The notes below the pieces were generated by a model. That model worked only from the letters and a program-made list of their open reading frames with translations, searched no databases and was not told the origin of the DNA. The translations under genes and the position numbers were made by a program. Positions 1 through 12,162 of a stretch of DNA of 38,770 bases are shown here, piece after piece; within the stretch, counting starts at the first letter, position 1, and the number at the start of each line of letters is the position of its first letter. Source of the DNA: Octopus bimaculoides (taxonomy: Eukaryota); NCBI RefSeq assembly GCF_001194135.2, contig NC_068990.1:23024258-23063027 (forward strand), given 5' to 3'.

Positions 1-174
1 AAATTTGAGATAAATTTTGAAAAGCTGCATTCCCTCGCTTTCGGTAAATATGTTGCTTATTTTTGGTAGTTTTTTTACTTATTTAGTCCCTCAATAGCGT
101 GAGGCATTAATACACAGTTAATGCCCTTTATATATAATTAAATATATATATATATATATATAAAGATAATTTAC

Positions 175-273
175 CTTTCCTGGACATATACAAGATATTC
201 TTTGCCATTTGTGAAGACATTTCTTTGTTAGACAAGGCACCAAAAAGATCAGCATCATGGAAAACATCCTTGG
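175..273 (-). CDS. UGGT1: UGGT exon (99 nt): KDVFHDADLFGALSNKEMSSQMAKNILYMSRK
   Basis: ctttaattcaaag| and |GTAAAT; aligns to human FFVDDYARFTILDSQGKTAAVANSMNYLTKK; phase 1 to 1. Confidence 0.88.
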
Positions 274-777
274 CTTTGAATTAAAGAAGGAAAAAATAAA
301 AATTATACGAAAAATAAAAAAATTGATCGAAAAATACTTTGAGAAACAAAAATTATCCTCAATGGAATTGGTACTAGAAAACCAATTTAGGAGATTTTTT
401 TTTTTTACAAAGTATCGGTATACAGTAATTGGTATATGTAGAATACTGTTAGTTTGTATTACAAAGCAGCTGGACTTAGTGACCTCTTTGGACTAATTGT
501 TGCTGCTGCAGACCATCAATGGTTCATAAGATTCCACATTTTACGAAAATATAGTATAGCTCTGTTAGTGTGTGTGTGTGTGTGTGTGTATAAATATATA
601 TATATAGTCGTCNNNNNNNNNNNNNNNNNNNNNNNNNNNNNNNNNNNNNNNNNNNNNNNNNNNNNNNNNNNNNNNNNNNNNNNNNNNNNNNNNNNNNNNN
701 NNNNNNNNNNNNNNNNNNNNNNNNNNNNNNNNNNNNNNNNNNNNNNNNNNNNNNNNNNNNNNNNNNNNNNNNNNNNN

Positions 778-1160
778 GCAGAGTTTCTACAGCTGGATGC
801 CCTTCCTAACGCCAACCACTCTGAGAGTGTAGTGGGTGCTTTTACGTGTCACCTGCACGAAGGCCAGTCAGGTGGTACTGGTGACGGCCACGCTCGAAAT
901 GGTGTATTTTACGTGCCACCTGCACAGGAGCCAGTCCATCGGCACTGGCAACGATCTCGCTCGAATGTCTTTTCACGTGCCACTGGCACAAGTGCCAGGA
1001 AGGTGACGTTGGTAACGATCATGCTGGTGCTATTTACGTGCCACCGGCACGGAAGCCAGACAGCTGCTCTGGCAACAATCGCGCTCAGACGGTGCTCTTA
1101 GTGCTCCACTAGTAAAGGTGCCAACACGATTTCGCTTTCGCTTGCCCCAACAGGTCTGGA
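778..1160 (-). mobile_element. Family D copy beside a gap
   Basis: Same body as 24890-25170. Other family D remnants: 8440-8620, 11650-11741, 13335-13486, 15520-15690, 18310-18950, 20280-20400, 22200-22380, 22920-23370, 23800-23990, 25750-25960, 26640-26845, 33830-34030. Confidence 0.85.
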
Positions 1161-1249
1161 ATTTATATATATAATTTTGCCTTTCATCCTTTTGGGGTCA
1201 GTAAAATCATAAATTTAAAACCATTACTACTACTACTACTACTACTAAG

Positions 1250-1479
1250 ACAGCAAGATAGCAGAGTCGGTAGCACACTGGGCAAAATACTTAGCAGCAT
1301 TTCTTCCAGCTCTTTATGTTCTGAGTTCAAATTCAACCGAGGTCAACTTTGCCTTTCATCCTTTCGGAGGTTGAATAAATAAGTACCAATTGCGCACTGG
1401 GGTTGATGTAACTCACTTTCCCCACTCCACAAATTTGGTGGTCCTGTACCAAAATCTGAAACTACTACTACTATCATTA

Positions 1480-1510
<31 letters not shown>

Positions 1511-1525
1511 CATCATCATCATCAT
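1250..1525 (+). mobile_element. tRNA-derived SINE family B with (TAC/TAT/CAT)n tail
   Basis: gcagagtcggtagcac... B box GAGTTCAAATTC, gtcaactttgcctttcatcctttcgg...aagtacc, then a simple-repeat tail. Confidence 0.85.
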
Positions 1526-1552
1526 ACAAATAAGATGAGGCACGCTACCAAC

Positions 1553-1676
1553 CAGCACTCTCAGTGAGGTCCAAATACATCAGAGGTGCAGACAAAATCC
1601 GTGAGTTGATACGTGGCAACACATTGTCCTTCTCCATCATCCAATCCAATATAGTCATGCTATCAGACAATTCACC
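1553..1676 (-). CDS. UGGT1: UGGT exon (124 nt): GELSDSMTILDWMMEKDNVLPRINSRILSAPLMYLDLTESA(A)
   Basis: gtttatttag| and |GTTGGT; NV.PRINSRIL and YLDLT motifs; phase 0 to 1. Confidence 0.96.
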
Positions 1677-2330
1677 CTAAATAAACAAAAACAGACAAAA
1701 AAAAAAACCAGATCAAAAACAATACAAACATTCATAAAAGTTGAGATCAAGAAATGGAAGCTTTTTATGAAAGTATTATAATTACCACCACCACCATCAC
1801 CTTTTGTTTTTTACTGGTTTCAGTCATTTGACTGCAGCCCATGCTGGGGCACCACCTTCAAGAATACAAGTCAAATGAATCAGTCCCAGTACTTATTTCT
1901 CTTTTAAGACTGGTACTTATTTTATCAGTGTTTTTTTGCCAAACTGCGAAGTTATGGGGATGTAAACACACCAACACCAGTTGTCAAGTGGCGCTGGGTG
2001 ACAAAGAGACACAAAACCCACACACATATATAAATCACCATCACCATCATCATCGTTTTCAAGGTCAATAAGTTAAGTATAAATCAAGCACTAAGGTCAA
2101 TTGGGGTTGAGCAAGATTCTACTTTTTATCCCTCTGTATTCGATAAAGAAACAATCAGTTGCTTCCGATTTTGTTAAGCCTTGATCAAGCAGGCTTATCA
2201 ATTCCCTTAGAAATATGACCATCCTGCAATGACAATTCAAAACCTACCAAGAACTGGGAGAGAACAGCCCAGTGTTGAGAGCAGTAACGAAAAGTCATCA
2301 ATAGCCTTTGTCCCACAGAGTGTGAAGGGC

Positions 2331-2653
2331 TTAAGTTTTTAGCATGTAAACCAACCATATCTGGCTCGAATATTCTACTTGGTTTTATGTTTAAACTGAC
2401 TAGATTTGGCCTCTCACATCAACCCTGCAATGTTATTCTAAAAATAACCAAATCACATCATTGAAATGTCAAAGCTAAGAGATGCATGATTAATTCAAAA
2501 CCAATGTGTATAAATAAGCATTGCATTTGATAAAATTAACCTGAATGTTAAAGGGTTAAGCCAGCCATATCTGGTCAAAATATTCTATCACTTTTAATGT
2601 TCAAACAGGTCAGATCCAACCTCTCACACCTATGCTACAATGTTATTCTAAAG
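2331..2653 (+). mobile_element. MITE P1 full copy (2331-2559) plus tandem partial copy cut by a Helentron-like element
   Basis: Same body as the 20695 copy, ending aatgttaaagggTTAA and followed by gccagccatatctgg. Confidence 0.8.
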
Positions 2654-3048
2654 ACTAGCAGTATAGCCCGGCTTTGCCCGGGATGAAGTTAGGATTATTA
2701 AGCTAATCAAGTTCTTTATTTCAAACCAAACTAAGTAACATTGACGTCAAATTTGGGCAGAATCAGTGTCGCGAAGGGAGCGCATGGGTTGGGAGTTTGA
2801 TCGGCAGACGTGATCAGGTTACACATGCCAACTCTTTGAAAGCACCACCCCCATCATCTAACCCTTCTTTGCTCATGGGTTAGGAACCCTTCCAGCAAGG
2901 AAAATAGAATGCCCAAAAGGGCTCCCGATTCTCTGTGTCAGAAGCGGTTATGTTCAGATCACAACTAAGTCTTAAGTATACATACATATATATATATATA
3001 TATGGGCAACACACACACACATCTTGCCTTTTATATATATATATGGAT
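2654..3048 (+). mobile_element. Helitron/Helentron-derived non-autonomous element (HINE/DINE-like)
   Basis: Starts ACTAG then a CCCGG-ctttgc-CCGGG hairpin; ends in (CA)n..cttgcctttt(AT)n.gat. A similar 3' end is at about 6225-6382 (aaaatttgaatgaaattgg..gagtttt...(CA)n..(AT)n agat). Family assignment from recall. Confidence 0.55.
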
Positions 3049-3202
3049 AATCAATCGCATCGATGAAATATCGAAGATGTGAGATCATGCATAATTAATT
3101 CAAAGCAATATAAATAAATACGGATTTCATTTGACACAGTAACATGAAAGCTAAAGAGTTAAACAATAAGCAATGGAAAGCCAATGGGAAACAATTACTT
3201 AC

Positions 3203-3367
3203 ATTATAGACAGCTCGTTGGACTTCATGGGTACCCTGGAGAATTTCAGTGACTACAGCTTCTTCAAGCATATCGGCATTGAGGTATTTTTTCTTCAATG
3301 GAATTCCATTAAGTAAAACCTGAGGGAAATCGCTTAGACCGGAACGGCTTAGAAAGTCATCTGCTGA
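3203..3367 (-). CDS. UGGT1: UGGT exon (165 nt): SADDFLSRSGLSDFPQVLLNGIPLKKKYLNADMLEEAVVTEILQGTHEVQRAVYN
   Basis: aattctccag| and |GTAAGT; P.VL.NG.P and QRAVY motifs; phase 0 to 0. Confidence 0.96.
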
Positions 3368-4571
3368 CTGGAGAATTAAATGGGAAACGGAATAAGTACA
3401 AATGCCAAAGAATTGCATTATTGCAAATTAGTAATTGCTCTGACTGGGTACAACATGGCTGTTTCAGTTGTCAACCTGGTCAATATTTGATATTGTGTGT
3501 ACATGTATATGAGAGCATGNNNNNNNNNNNNNNNNNNNNNNNNNNNNNNNNNNNNNNNNNNNNNNNNNNNNNNNNNNNNNNNNNNNNNNNNNNNNNNNNN
3601 NNNNNNNNNNNNNAGAAAAAGAAAGAGAGAGAGAAAAAGAAAGAGAGAGAGAAAGAGTGTGTGTGTGTGTGTGTGTTTTCTTTCAAATTTCTGATAATAA
3701 AGTTTTGATATACAAAGGCAGGCCTGTGTGGTTATGAAGTTCAGTTTGTAACCACATAGTCTAAGGTTCAGTCTTCTACTTTAGCCCCAGGCCTTGGGAG
3801 TGGAAATGTGTGTGTGTGTGTGTGTGTGTGTGGATTGTGTATGCATGTCTGAGTGTGTACGTGCGGATGTATGCTCACCAAGTGTTGACGATACATAGCT
3901 TCACTTGTCACAATCTATGCAAAATGGTGACATGATGTTTACATTTATTAGTTGACATTGCATCCTATCACGCTTCACTTTCAAAGACCAGTGAAATAAA
4001 AAGGTTCCTTAACCTCTTAGCATTTAAACTGGTTACATCTGGCCCAAATAGCCAACCAGTTTTATCTTCAACATGGCCAGATTCAACTTCTCACACCTAT
4101 CCTACAATGTCATTCCAAAAATAAGCAATCACATCATTAAAACTTCAAAGCTATGAGATAATGCATGATTAATTAAAACAAAAACTGTGAATAAATAAGT
4201 ATTAGATTTGTTATTTTGTAAATTATTGTTAAAGGAATAAATGGTAAAATAGATAATAGTCAAGACTATTGAAACGAAAATTTTAGAAAAATAAAAATAA
4301 GAAATACGTGGAAATTTTACCGGTGAGTGTGTTAAATTATAAGGCACAAAAAGAAAATGACTCTCCCCAGACACAACAGAATATGCTTCAACACATGAAC
4401 TCACATAAAGAATCTTGCAAACCAAATCCAAAAACAAAATAGATAATGGTTGGCAATATGAAAGACTTCCAGCCATATATGCTGCCTCAACTTAGTCCAC
4501 ATCTGATCCATGCCAGCATGGAAAAACAGACAGCAAAGAAATAAACGATGTGTGCATATAAACCAACTTAC

Positions 4572-4697
4572 TTTACGTAGGTCATCATAATCATCATCGT
4601 CTCCAAAAACTTTATTCAAATCTTCATCGTTGAAGCGGCTTGCAAATTCTGTGGAGATGAACTTAGAGGTCAGGTCGTCTTTTTGTTTGTCATAGAG
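4572..4697 (-). CDS. UGGT1: UGGT exon (126 nt): LYDKQKDDLTSKFISTEFASRFNDEDLNKVFGDDDDYDDLRK
   Basis: gcctccacag| and |GTAAGT; G.DS/DD.YD..RK pattern; phase 0 to 0. Confidence 0.93.
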
Positions 4698-4982
4698 CTG
4701 TGGAGGCAAGAAAATAATTGGATCATACAGATTACAACGATACTTGGGAGGGGTGGGGGCATAAGTGAGGTGGGTGGGTGTGGTGAATGAGGAGGGGTGT
4801 GAGACATTTGAGGTGTGTACGAAGGTGTGAAGAAGTGGGTGTGTGCGTGCATGCATGTTTTAACAGGATTGTGTAATAGTGTATCTAGGACTACAATATC
4901 CTGTGTCTTTTATGAAGACTGTAAGGTTTAATTGCTGAGAGACCTGGCTACTATTTTTAGGGCATCAAATGTCTACATAAAG

Positions 4983-5091
4983 CAGGTGTGGGCAATCTTT
5001 TTTCAAGAAGCAGGCTGCATAATCACAGCTCATCATCAGGTGGGACCACACTATTTAAAAAAAGATTCAGGGTAATTTTCCACTGGTGTGC
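4983..5091. mobile_element. Short hAT/Charlie-like remnant; right end extends to about 5132
   Basis: caggtgtgggcaatct at the left end and gggccacagattgctcataactg at the right end; no clear target duplication. Confidence 0.45.
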
Positions 5092-5432
5092 TGTATGGAA
5101 TGGTCCACGGGCCACAGATTGCTCATAACTGATGAAGAGGATCTTAGTCGCAGGATGGCCCAAAAGTAAAACAATTACAAAATAATACAAAATTAAATGC
5201 TGCTCAAGCAGTCATGCCTGCCACGACCAACCCATTTTATTTTCAGACAACATCTAAGGCCACATTATTCAATGCTTCCTTCTATTTTTCAAAAATGATG
5301 TGTAATCTGAGGGAAATTTAGTTGTTATTTTTAGCAAGTCAGACAACTAAGAGTGAGGTACTATTCTCCAACCAGCATAACTTCATGGTGATTATAATTT
5401 TGTTGTCCAAATTGATAATGTTTCATGTTTTC

Positions 5433-5738
5433 TTAAGCCTTTCATTACAATATTTCTGTTGAAATGCAGTCTTTGTTTCAATAAATTTTGAAAAAATAAT
5501 TTACATTATTTACATTTGATATCCGTCAAATGTAAATAATGTACATAATTCCTCATCTCCTAAATATAGAACTCAATAATAATTTAGTAAAACAACTTTG
5601 TTGATATTAGGCTGGTGTTTGGAACATCATAAATTATTACGAAACTTTGAAGAATTTTAATTTAGATCCATTTAAAACATAATGTTTGTATCATAGCATT
5701 GGGAGAGGTCTTAAGGAGTTTGGTATCAAAAGGGTTAA
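5433..5738 (-). mobile_element. MITE P2 copy with a nested palindromic insert (about 5500-5575)
   Basis: Ends TTAAgcctttcattac and ggtatcaaaagggTTAA; body homologous to 14526-14963. Confidence 0.75.
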
Positions 5739-5769
5739 AAACAACAGATAAGAGAAAGAAGCTACTTAC

Positions 5770-5905
5770 GTCTGTGATGAACGACAGAGCTGAAGCTGCA
5801 TCCTGGTCGATCTTGATGTACTGGAAAGCTCTTGCAATAGCAACACCAGCATCAGAATAGCCGTTTGCCTCTCGACTTGCATTCACAGCAAAGACAAGTC
5901 CAATC
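5770..5905 (-). CDS. UGGT1: UGGT exon (136 nt): IGLVFAVNASREANGYSDAGVAIARAFQYIKIDQDAASALSFITD
   Basis: tttcattgaag| and |GTAAGT; RIG.VF and DAGVA..RA motifs; phase 2 to 0. Confidence 0.95.
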
Positions 5906-6346
5906 CTTCAATGAAATAATACTAAATGTGAGAATACATCCTTGACAACATAAAAATAACCATCATACATTTCTGTAATCATAACTGGTTTCTAACATTC
6001 ATACAATGTCACAAATTTTATAGGAGAGAATATGAAAAACAAGTAATTTTTATTTGCCTGTCATGGTACTTAAATGAGAATGAGATGTAAAAGGGACAAT
6101 GTTTTTGAGATTCCGGTTCGAATGACATGAGTGTTTTTGTTTCACTTTTGACAAGTAATACTTAAATAGTGGAGGAGATATGATGTTGCTGTGGGCTGGA
6201 AGTATGCAAGAAGTTAAAATTTTTTTTTTGACTAAAACACAACCGGGACCCTAAGTAAGGCACGTGTAAAATTTGAATGAAATTGGTTGTGTAGTTCTCG
6301 AGTTTTAGGGATTCACACAGACGCACACACACAGACATACATTCTC

Positions 6347-6379
<33 letters not shown>

Positions 6380-7983
6380 GATTACAAGGTTTGTTTTACA
6401 TCTGTTTTTGCATGCTAGTATGAGTTAGATGNNNNNNNNNNNNNNNNNNNNNNNNNNNNNNNNNNNNNNNNNNNNNNNNNNNNNNNNNNNNNNNNNNNNN
6501 NNNNNNNNNNNNNNNNNNNNNNNNNNNNNNNNNNNNNNNNNNNNNNNNNNNNNNNNNNNNNNNNNNNNNNNNNNNNNNNNNNNNNNNNNNNNNNNNNNNN
6601 NNNNNNNNNNNNNNNNNNNNNNNNNNNNNNNNNNNNNNNNNNNNNNNNNNNNNNNNNNNNNNNNNNNNNNNNNNNNNNNNNNNNNNNNNNNNNNNNNNNN
6701 NNNNNNNNNNNNNNNNNNNNNNNNNNNNNNNNNNNNNNNNNNNNNNNNNNNNNNNNNNNNNNNNNNNNNNNNNNNNNNNNNNNNNNNNNNNNNNNNNNNN
6801 NNNNNNNNNNNNNNNNNNNNNNNNNNNNNNNNNNNNNNNNNNNNNNNNNNNNNNNNNNNNNNNNNNNNNNNNNNNNNNNNNNNNNNNNNNNNNNNNNNNN
6901 NNNNNNNNNNNNNNNNNNNNNNNNNNNNNNNNNNNNNNNNNNNNNNNNNNNNNNNNNNNNNNNNNNNNNNNNNNNNNNNNNNNNNNNNNNNNNNNNNNNN
7001 NNNNNNNNNNNNNNNNNNNNNNNNNNNNNNNNNNNNNNNNNNNNNNNNNNNNNNNNNNNNNNNNNNNNNNNNNNNNNNNNNNNNNNNNNNNNNNNNNNNN
7101 NNNNNNNNNNNNNNNNNNNNNNNNNNNNNNNNNNNNNNNNNNNNNNNNNNNNNNNNNNNNNNNNNNNNNNNNNNNNNNNNNNNNNNNNNNNNNNNNNNNN
7201 NNNNNNNNNNNNNNNNNNNNNNATATAGGCGACAGGCATCTTTCAGTTTCCGCCTACCAAATCCACCCACAAGGCTTTGGTCAGCTCAAGGCTATAGTAG
7301 AAGACACTTGCCCAAGGTTCCACACAGTGGGACTGAACCGAGAAATATGTGGTTGGTAAGCAAGCTACTTACCACACAGCAACTCCTGTGCCTATAGCCA
7401 CTCTTTTGCCTATATATGTGTATCAAACAATCGACCAGATTTTCTGATATCGTTATACATCACTGGTCACAATGCGCTTTGATTTGCTTTATCTTTCGAA
7501 TGATGACACCCTGCTAGCTAAGCAAGCAAGCCAACATTCATCCAGATCAGGAGCTATTCTGTCTCAGGGTTAGCCATTTACAGATGAGTGAACAAGAGCA
7601 ATGTGAAATGAAGTCTTTTGCTCAAGAACACAAGAGGCTGCTCAGTCTGGGAATTGAACTCATGATCTAGTGATCACTAGTGCAACATCTTAACAACTAG
7701 GCCATGTACCTTCACATATGTACACACTAAAACACACAGTGCAGTAAACATATGCTTAATATGACTGATATAAATACATATACATATGCTTAATATGACT
7801 TAATATAACTGTCACGTTTTCAAAGACGATAAACACATTAAGTCATATTAAGATAATAATACAATATATGACTGATATAAAAAGCCTTGAAGTTCAAGAT
7901 AATCTAAAGAGCAACCCTGTGGAATGATTGTAACTCAAGAGAAGATTGACACAAATAAGCAGTAACATCTTACAAATACCAAC

Positions 7984-8069
7984 CTCACAGGTGCACTGTG
8001 AACAAAGAATGCTTCAGCTATCTTCAACAAGTCTCGGCTGGAGGACTTAGATGGATCGAGCACAAACAC
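7984..8069 (-). CDS. UGGT1: UGGT exon (86 nt): VFVLDPSKSSSRDLLKIAEAFFVHSAPV(R)
   Basis: gtccttgcag| and |GTTGGT; V..DP...AE.F...P.R pattern; phase 0 to 2. Confidence 0.95.
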
Positions 8070-8126
8070 CTGCAAGGACGAAGACAAACAGAGGATATTA
8101 TAAATGCCACAATAATTTCAGTTGTT

Positions 8127-8250
8127 ATTTACATTATTTACATTTGACGGATATTTGTCTTCATCTTGTTAGCAACAAACAAAATGAGGACAAATATCCA
8201 TCAAACGTAAATAATGTAAATAATGTACATAATTCCTCATCTCTTATATA
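8127..8250. mobile_element. Fold-back (palindromic) miniature element
   Basis: 44-bp inverted arms at 8127-8170 and 8178-8221 with 4 mismatches. An internally deleted sister copy at 5502-5543 has 18-bp perfect arms and shares the flank gtacataattcctcatctc.taa/tatataga. Confidence 0.85.
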
Positions 8251-8616
8251 TAGAAGTGTATTAATTTCAGTCGTTGTTGCATTTTACTGTTTTATAATCA
8301 AGTAAAGGGTCATGGTCGGATTGATGCGAAACCTCTAGTAATTCTGTCGATTTTTGCATCACCCAGGGAGGGCACTGAATGTTAAAGAATGAATTTGTGT
8401 GTGTGTGTGTTCCCTTTCCTTGATATTGCATTATAGTAATACACAGGTGTTACCATCAAACAAGTGGGGCCATTTATTTATAATTTTCTGTGAAAATAAC
8501 ATCTTGCTTGGAAACAAGTGAGGGTTGATGATAAGAAGGGCAACTAACCTGTAGAAAATCTGCCTCAATTCCATCTGACCCATGCAGACAGGGAAGAGAA
8601 GTAGAGGTTAAAAATG

Positions 8617-8647
<31 letters not shown>

Positions 8648-8753
8648 TGAGCAAGACAGAGAGTGTGCATGTGTATGTATTAAGAAATTGCTAAAAAAAT
8701 GTTGGTGTGTAGAATAAAAGTACCTTGCCATATTTATTTCATCTGGGCTTATA

Positions 8754-8880
8754 CAGGGTGTCCACAAAGTCTGGGTACATGGGGATTAAGACATACTTTA
8801 AGAAATTATTATTTCTTATATTTAATTGTTTATGTTATGATTTTATTTACTCCATGTACCCAGACCTTGTGGACACCATG
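8754..8880 (+). mobile_element. Tc1/mariner-like MITE (127 bp) with TA target duplication
   Basis: TA-CAGGGTGTCCACAAAGTCTGGGTACATGG ... CCATGTACCCAGACCTTGTGGACACCATG-TA; 29-bp TIRs with 2 mismatches. Confidence 0.9.
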
Positions 8881-9183
8881 TACTTCTTTACACCAAGTTA
8901 TACTTAGCAATTCATTTCTATTTTTTTTTAAGACTTTTTCACGGTTCACTTCCCATGCATACTCTACATACTGTTCATGCACCTTTGATTACTTTTTCTG
9001 ATGAGTTGTCATGCACCTGAGCACTGAATTCAACAGGTGCATTATATATTATATATAAATCGAGAAGAATAAGCTAGGTACTGAGGCTGATATAACCAAA
9101 GAAAAGGTTTGTAAGCAGTGCCCCAGCATGGCCGTGGTTCAAAGCTTGAAATTAGGTGAATGGACAGAAAGAGTATTACATAC

Positions 9184-9303
9184 CATATGGAAAATATTCT
9201 TAGCAATGTGCCTTAACATTCCAGGAAAAGTGGGTCTCAACATTTCTTGAATGCTGTTAGGCCAGCGCCGGTATTTTACATCCTTTTCCAAATCATTTAC
9301 ATA
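9184..9303 (-). CDS. UGGT1: UGGT exon (120 nt): YVNDLEKDVKYRRWPNSIQEMLRPTFPGMLRHIAKNIFHM
   Basis: ctcttttccag| and |GTATGT; strongly conserved N.LE.D..Y..W...QE.LRPTFPG; phase 0 to 0. Confidence 0.97.
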
Positions 9304-9503
9304 CTGGAAAAGAGAGAGAGAGAGAAAGAGAGAAACCATCAGCATCATTATCATCATCATCAGAAAGGATTTTTCAGACCTTAAGAAAAAATTTTTCATT
9401 GAAAATAATCGGAATCAAAAAATTCAGGGAAACATGGAAAAAAAAAATGTTCATGATTGAAGACTCACACACCATCCATATTACCTATACTGCCACATAT
9501 ATT

Positions 9504-10010
9504 ATCCTCATCATTTAATGTCCGCTTTCCATGCTGGCATGGGTTGGTCGGTTTGATATGGAGCTGGTTAGCAGGGAGTTATCCAGACACCAATTGTCTG
9601 TTGTGGCATGGTTTCAACAACTGGATGCCCTTCCTAATGCCAACCACTTTAAAGAGTGTAGTGGGTGCTTTTTACATTCCACCAGCACAGGTGTGCTAAT
9701 GCAGCACTGGCACAGGTGGTTTTTAAGTGGCACCTGCAGCACCTGGGGGACATGCCTCTATCATGGAAGACGGCGATTTTACTTAGCTTAATGTGTCTTA
9801 TCGAGTACAGCAAATTGCCACATCTTCCATTTCTTTGTCATTTCCTCAGTGAGGCCTAACATCTGAAGATCTTTTCTCACCACTTCAATCCTGGTCTTCC
9901 TGGGTTCTACCCCTTCCATAGGTACACTCCACAATTAGAACTCGGCACTTTTTTATGCAGCTGTCCTCATCCATTTGTATCACTTACCAGATCCAATCCT
10001 ATTCTCACCA
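9504..10010 (-). mobile_element. Degenerate RTE LINE 3' end: ORF remnant, 3' UTR and (GAT)n tail
   Basis: Reverse complement encodes MDEDSCIKKCRVLIVECTYGRGR/PRKT, homologous to 21565-22072. It continues into ggcattaggaagggcatccag...catggaaagcggacattaaatgatgag. Confidence 0.85.
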
Positions 10011-10790
10011 CCTTCCCTCCTTCAAACTGATATTCACCATTGATCACCCTTCTGCCAGTGTTTACCATTCATGGCATATAACTTTGTGGCCATTTCTAGC
10101 CAGCTGCCAATTTCCTTTCCAGCTCTCAAATTTTCTGACCCATTCACCTGTCCAATCCTCTGCACCACTTCTCTCAAGTTCCCTTTATTGTAATTAAGAG
10201 TACATACTGACCCCTGTTTTCACTATTTGCTCTCCCTTTTCCAACTGAGGTAGCCATGTATCACCTCTACAACAAGACACCTGTCGTATCATTCGTTTCC
10301 ATTTCTACACATAAACATACTCAGACTCACTGTAACTCAATCAACCGAGTGAAGTTTGACTTTGCTCAGAAACAAGTGAGGGCTAGTGACAGGAAGAGCA
10401 TGTGGTGGACACAACAGGGTCCAAAGATGCAGCCGAAGGCTTCGTTCAGTTTCCGTCTACCAAATCCACTCACAAGGCTTTGGTTGGCCAGAGGCTATAG
10501 AAGACACTTGCCAAAGGTGCCATGCAGTGGGCTGAGAACCTGGAACTATGTGGTTGGGAAGCAAGCTACTTACCACAAAGCCACACCAGGAGAAAAACTT
10601 TGTACAAGACTTACCTTAACATTAAATTAAGATTGTGGCCTAAACATGAGTGCAGCTTACACACAAGTAAATACAATATACTGCATCTATGAAAAGTTAT
10701 TTCATAGGGGAAACAAAGACACAAATAAAAATAAATAGAAAGAATTAAACAATGGAACATCACTAAATGGAAACTGAGATGGTGCCTTAC

Positions 10791-10877
10791 CACGACGGAA
10801 GGATGCCGGAAATCCAAGACATAATCATCACCGCTGTTTTTCAAATCCAATTTCACCAATTTATTTAAACTTTCCTC
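10791..10877 (-). CDS. UGGT1: UGGT exon (87 nt): EESLNKLVKLDLKNSGDDYVLDFRHPSVV
   Basis: ttctgttag| and |GTAAGG; DY..D.R.P motif; phase 0 to 0. Confidence 0.93.
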
Positions 10878-11710
10878 CTAACAGAAAAATAATTAAGGAA
10901 ATTAATTAAAATGTAAATTTAAAAGCAAACAACATGGATTTCACAGAAACAATGTAAACTTTAAAATACTGAAATATGTCAACTTATCCTTTTATGGGTA
11001 TGAGTCATAAAGCTGTGGCCATGCTGGAGCACTTTCATGTAAAATGTGGTTGATTACATCGACTCTTGCCCTCTCAATACTTTGTCTAGATATTTTATTT
11101 TCTCGATCTCAGAGGGACAAAAGGCAAAGTGGACCTGGCCAGAATTTGAACACAGCACCTAACCAAATATTAGAAGGCACTTTGTTTGATGTTCTGTCAA
11201 TTTTGCTGTCCAACCACCATCTTCAAGTAATTATAATGGCCATAATGGAGCACCCATCTTTTAAAGGCACAATTGCTTGTCATCAACCCCAACAATACTT
11301 ACTTCCATCAAGGATAACTTCCTCCCAGCTTTAAATCAGCCTCAGAAGCCACAAAAAAATAATTGCCACTCCATTGGTTATAACAATCAGGGTCCCAGCT
11401 GATACGAGTAATGGAACAGCCTGCTTGTGAATTTCAACCTGCAAGTGGCTGAGCATTCCACAGACATGCGTACCCTTAGTGCAGTTCTCAGGGGCATTCA
11501 GTGTGACCCAGAATGTGACAAATCTGGCCCCTTTGAATTACAGGTACAACTCATTTTGGTCAACTGAATGGAACTGAAACAACAAGAAATAAAGCATTTT
11601 GTTTAAGGGCACAATACACCACCAGGAATTGAACTTAGGATCATAAGCTGGTTCGCCAGTCCTCAGTCAAATCGTTCAACCCATGCTAGCATGGAAAGCG
11701 GACGTTAAAC

Positions 11711-11744
<34 letters not shown>

Positions 11745-12006
11745 ACCCAGTCAAAGGTAATGGTTGTTTGTTTATATTTGTTTTCAATTAAGCAAACATT
11801 ATTTCACAGCTTTGAGATTTCGAAAAGGCAATTTTTTATTTGTTGTATGACATTAATAGGGTGGATAGGCCAGATCTGGCCAGTTTGAACATAAACCAAG
11901 CAGAATATTTGGGGTCAGATATGGCCAGTTTAAATGCAAAAGGGTTAATGATAAAAAAAAAAATGAGGCAAACAATACCCTAATAAATAACAAATTAAAT
12001 GCATAC

Positions 12007-12162
12007 CCTGACTCCAAGAGAGAAGAGTCCTTCCATAACAGCAGCTTCTGAACGCATTAAGTCCAAGATGGTGTAAATATCATAGACCTCAACATCAATG
12101 GAAATTCCATTCAAAAACAAGGCACATTCACCAGGGGACAAATTATGGTAATTCTCAAAATG
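12007..12162 (-). CDS. UGGT1: UGGT exon (156 nt): HFENYHNLSPGECALFLNGISIDVEVYDIYTILDLMRSEAAVMEGLFSLGVR
   Basis: ttattccacag| and |GTATGC; PG..ALF.NG and E...MEGL motifs; phase 0 to 0. Confidence 0.96.

Noticed and set aside
8996-9040. Other CTGATGA motifs (5089, 8996, 27293 minus) as hammerheads
   Set aside because: None has a stem II followed by GAAA and a closing stem.
10875-10880. NAGNAG acceptor TAG-GAG
   Set aside because: GAG is rarely used as an acceptor and there is no transcript evidence; the effect would be one residue.
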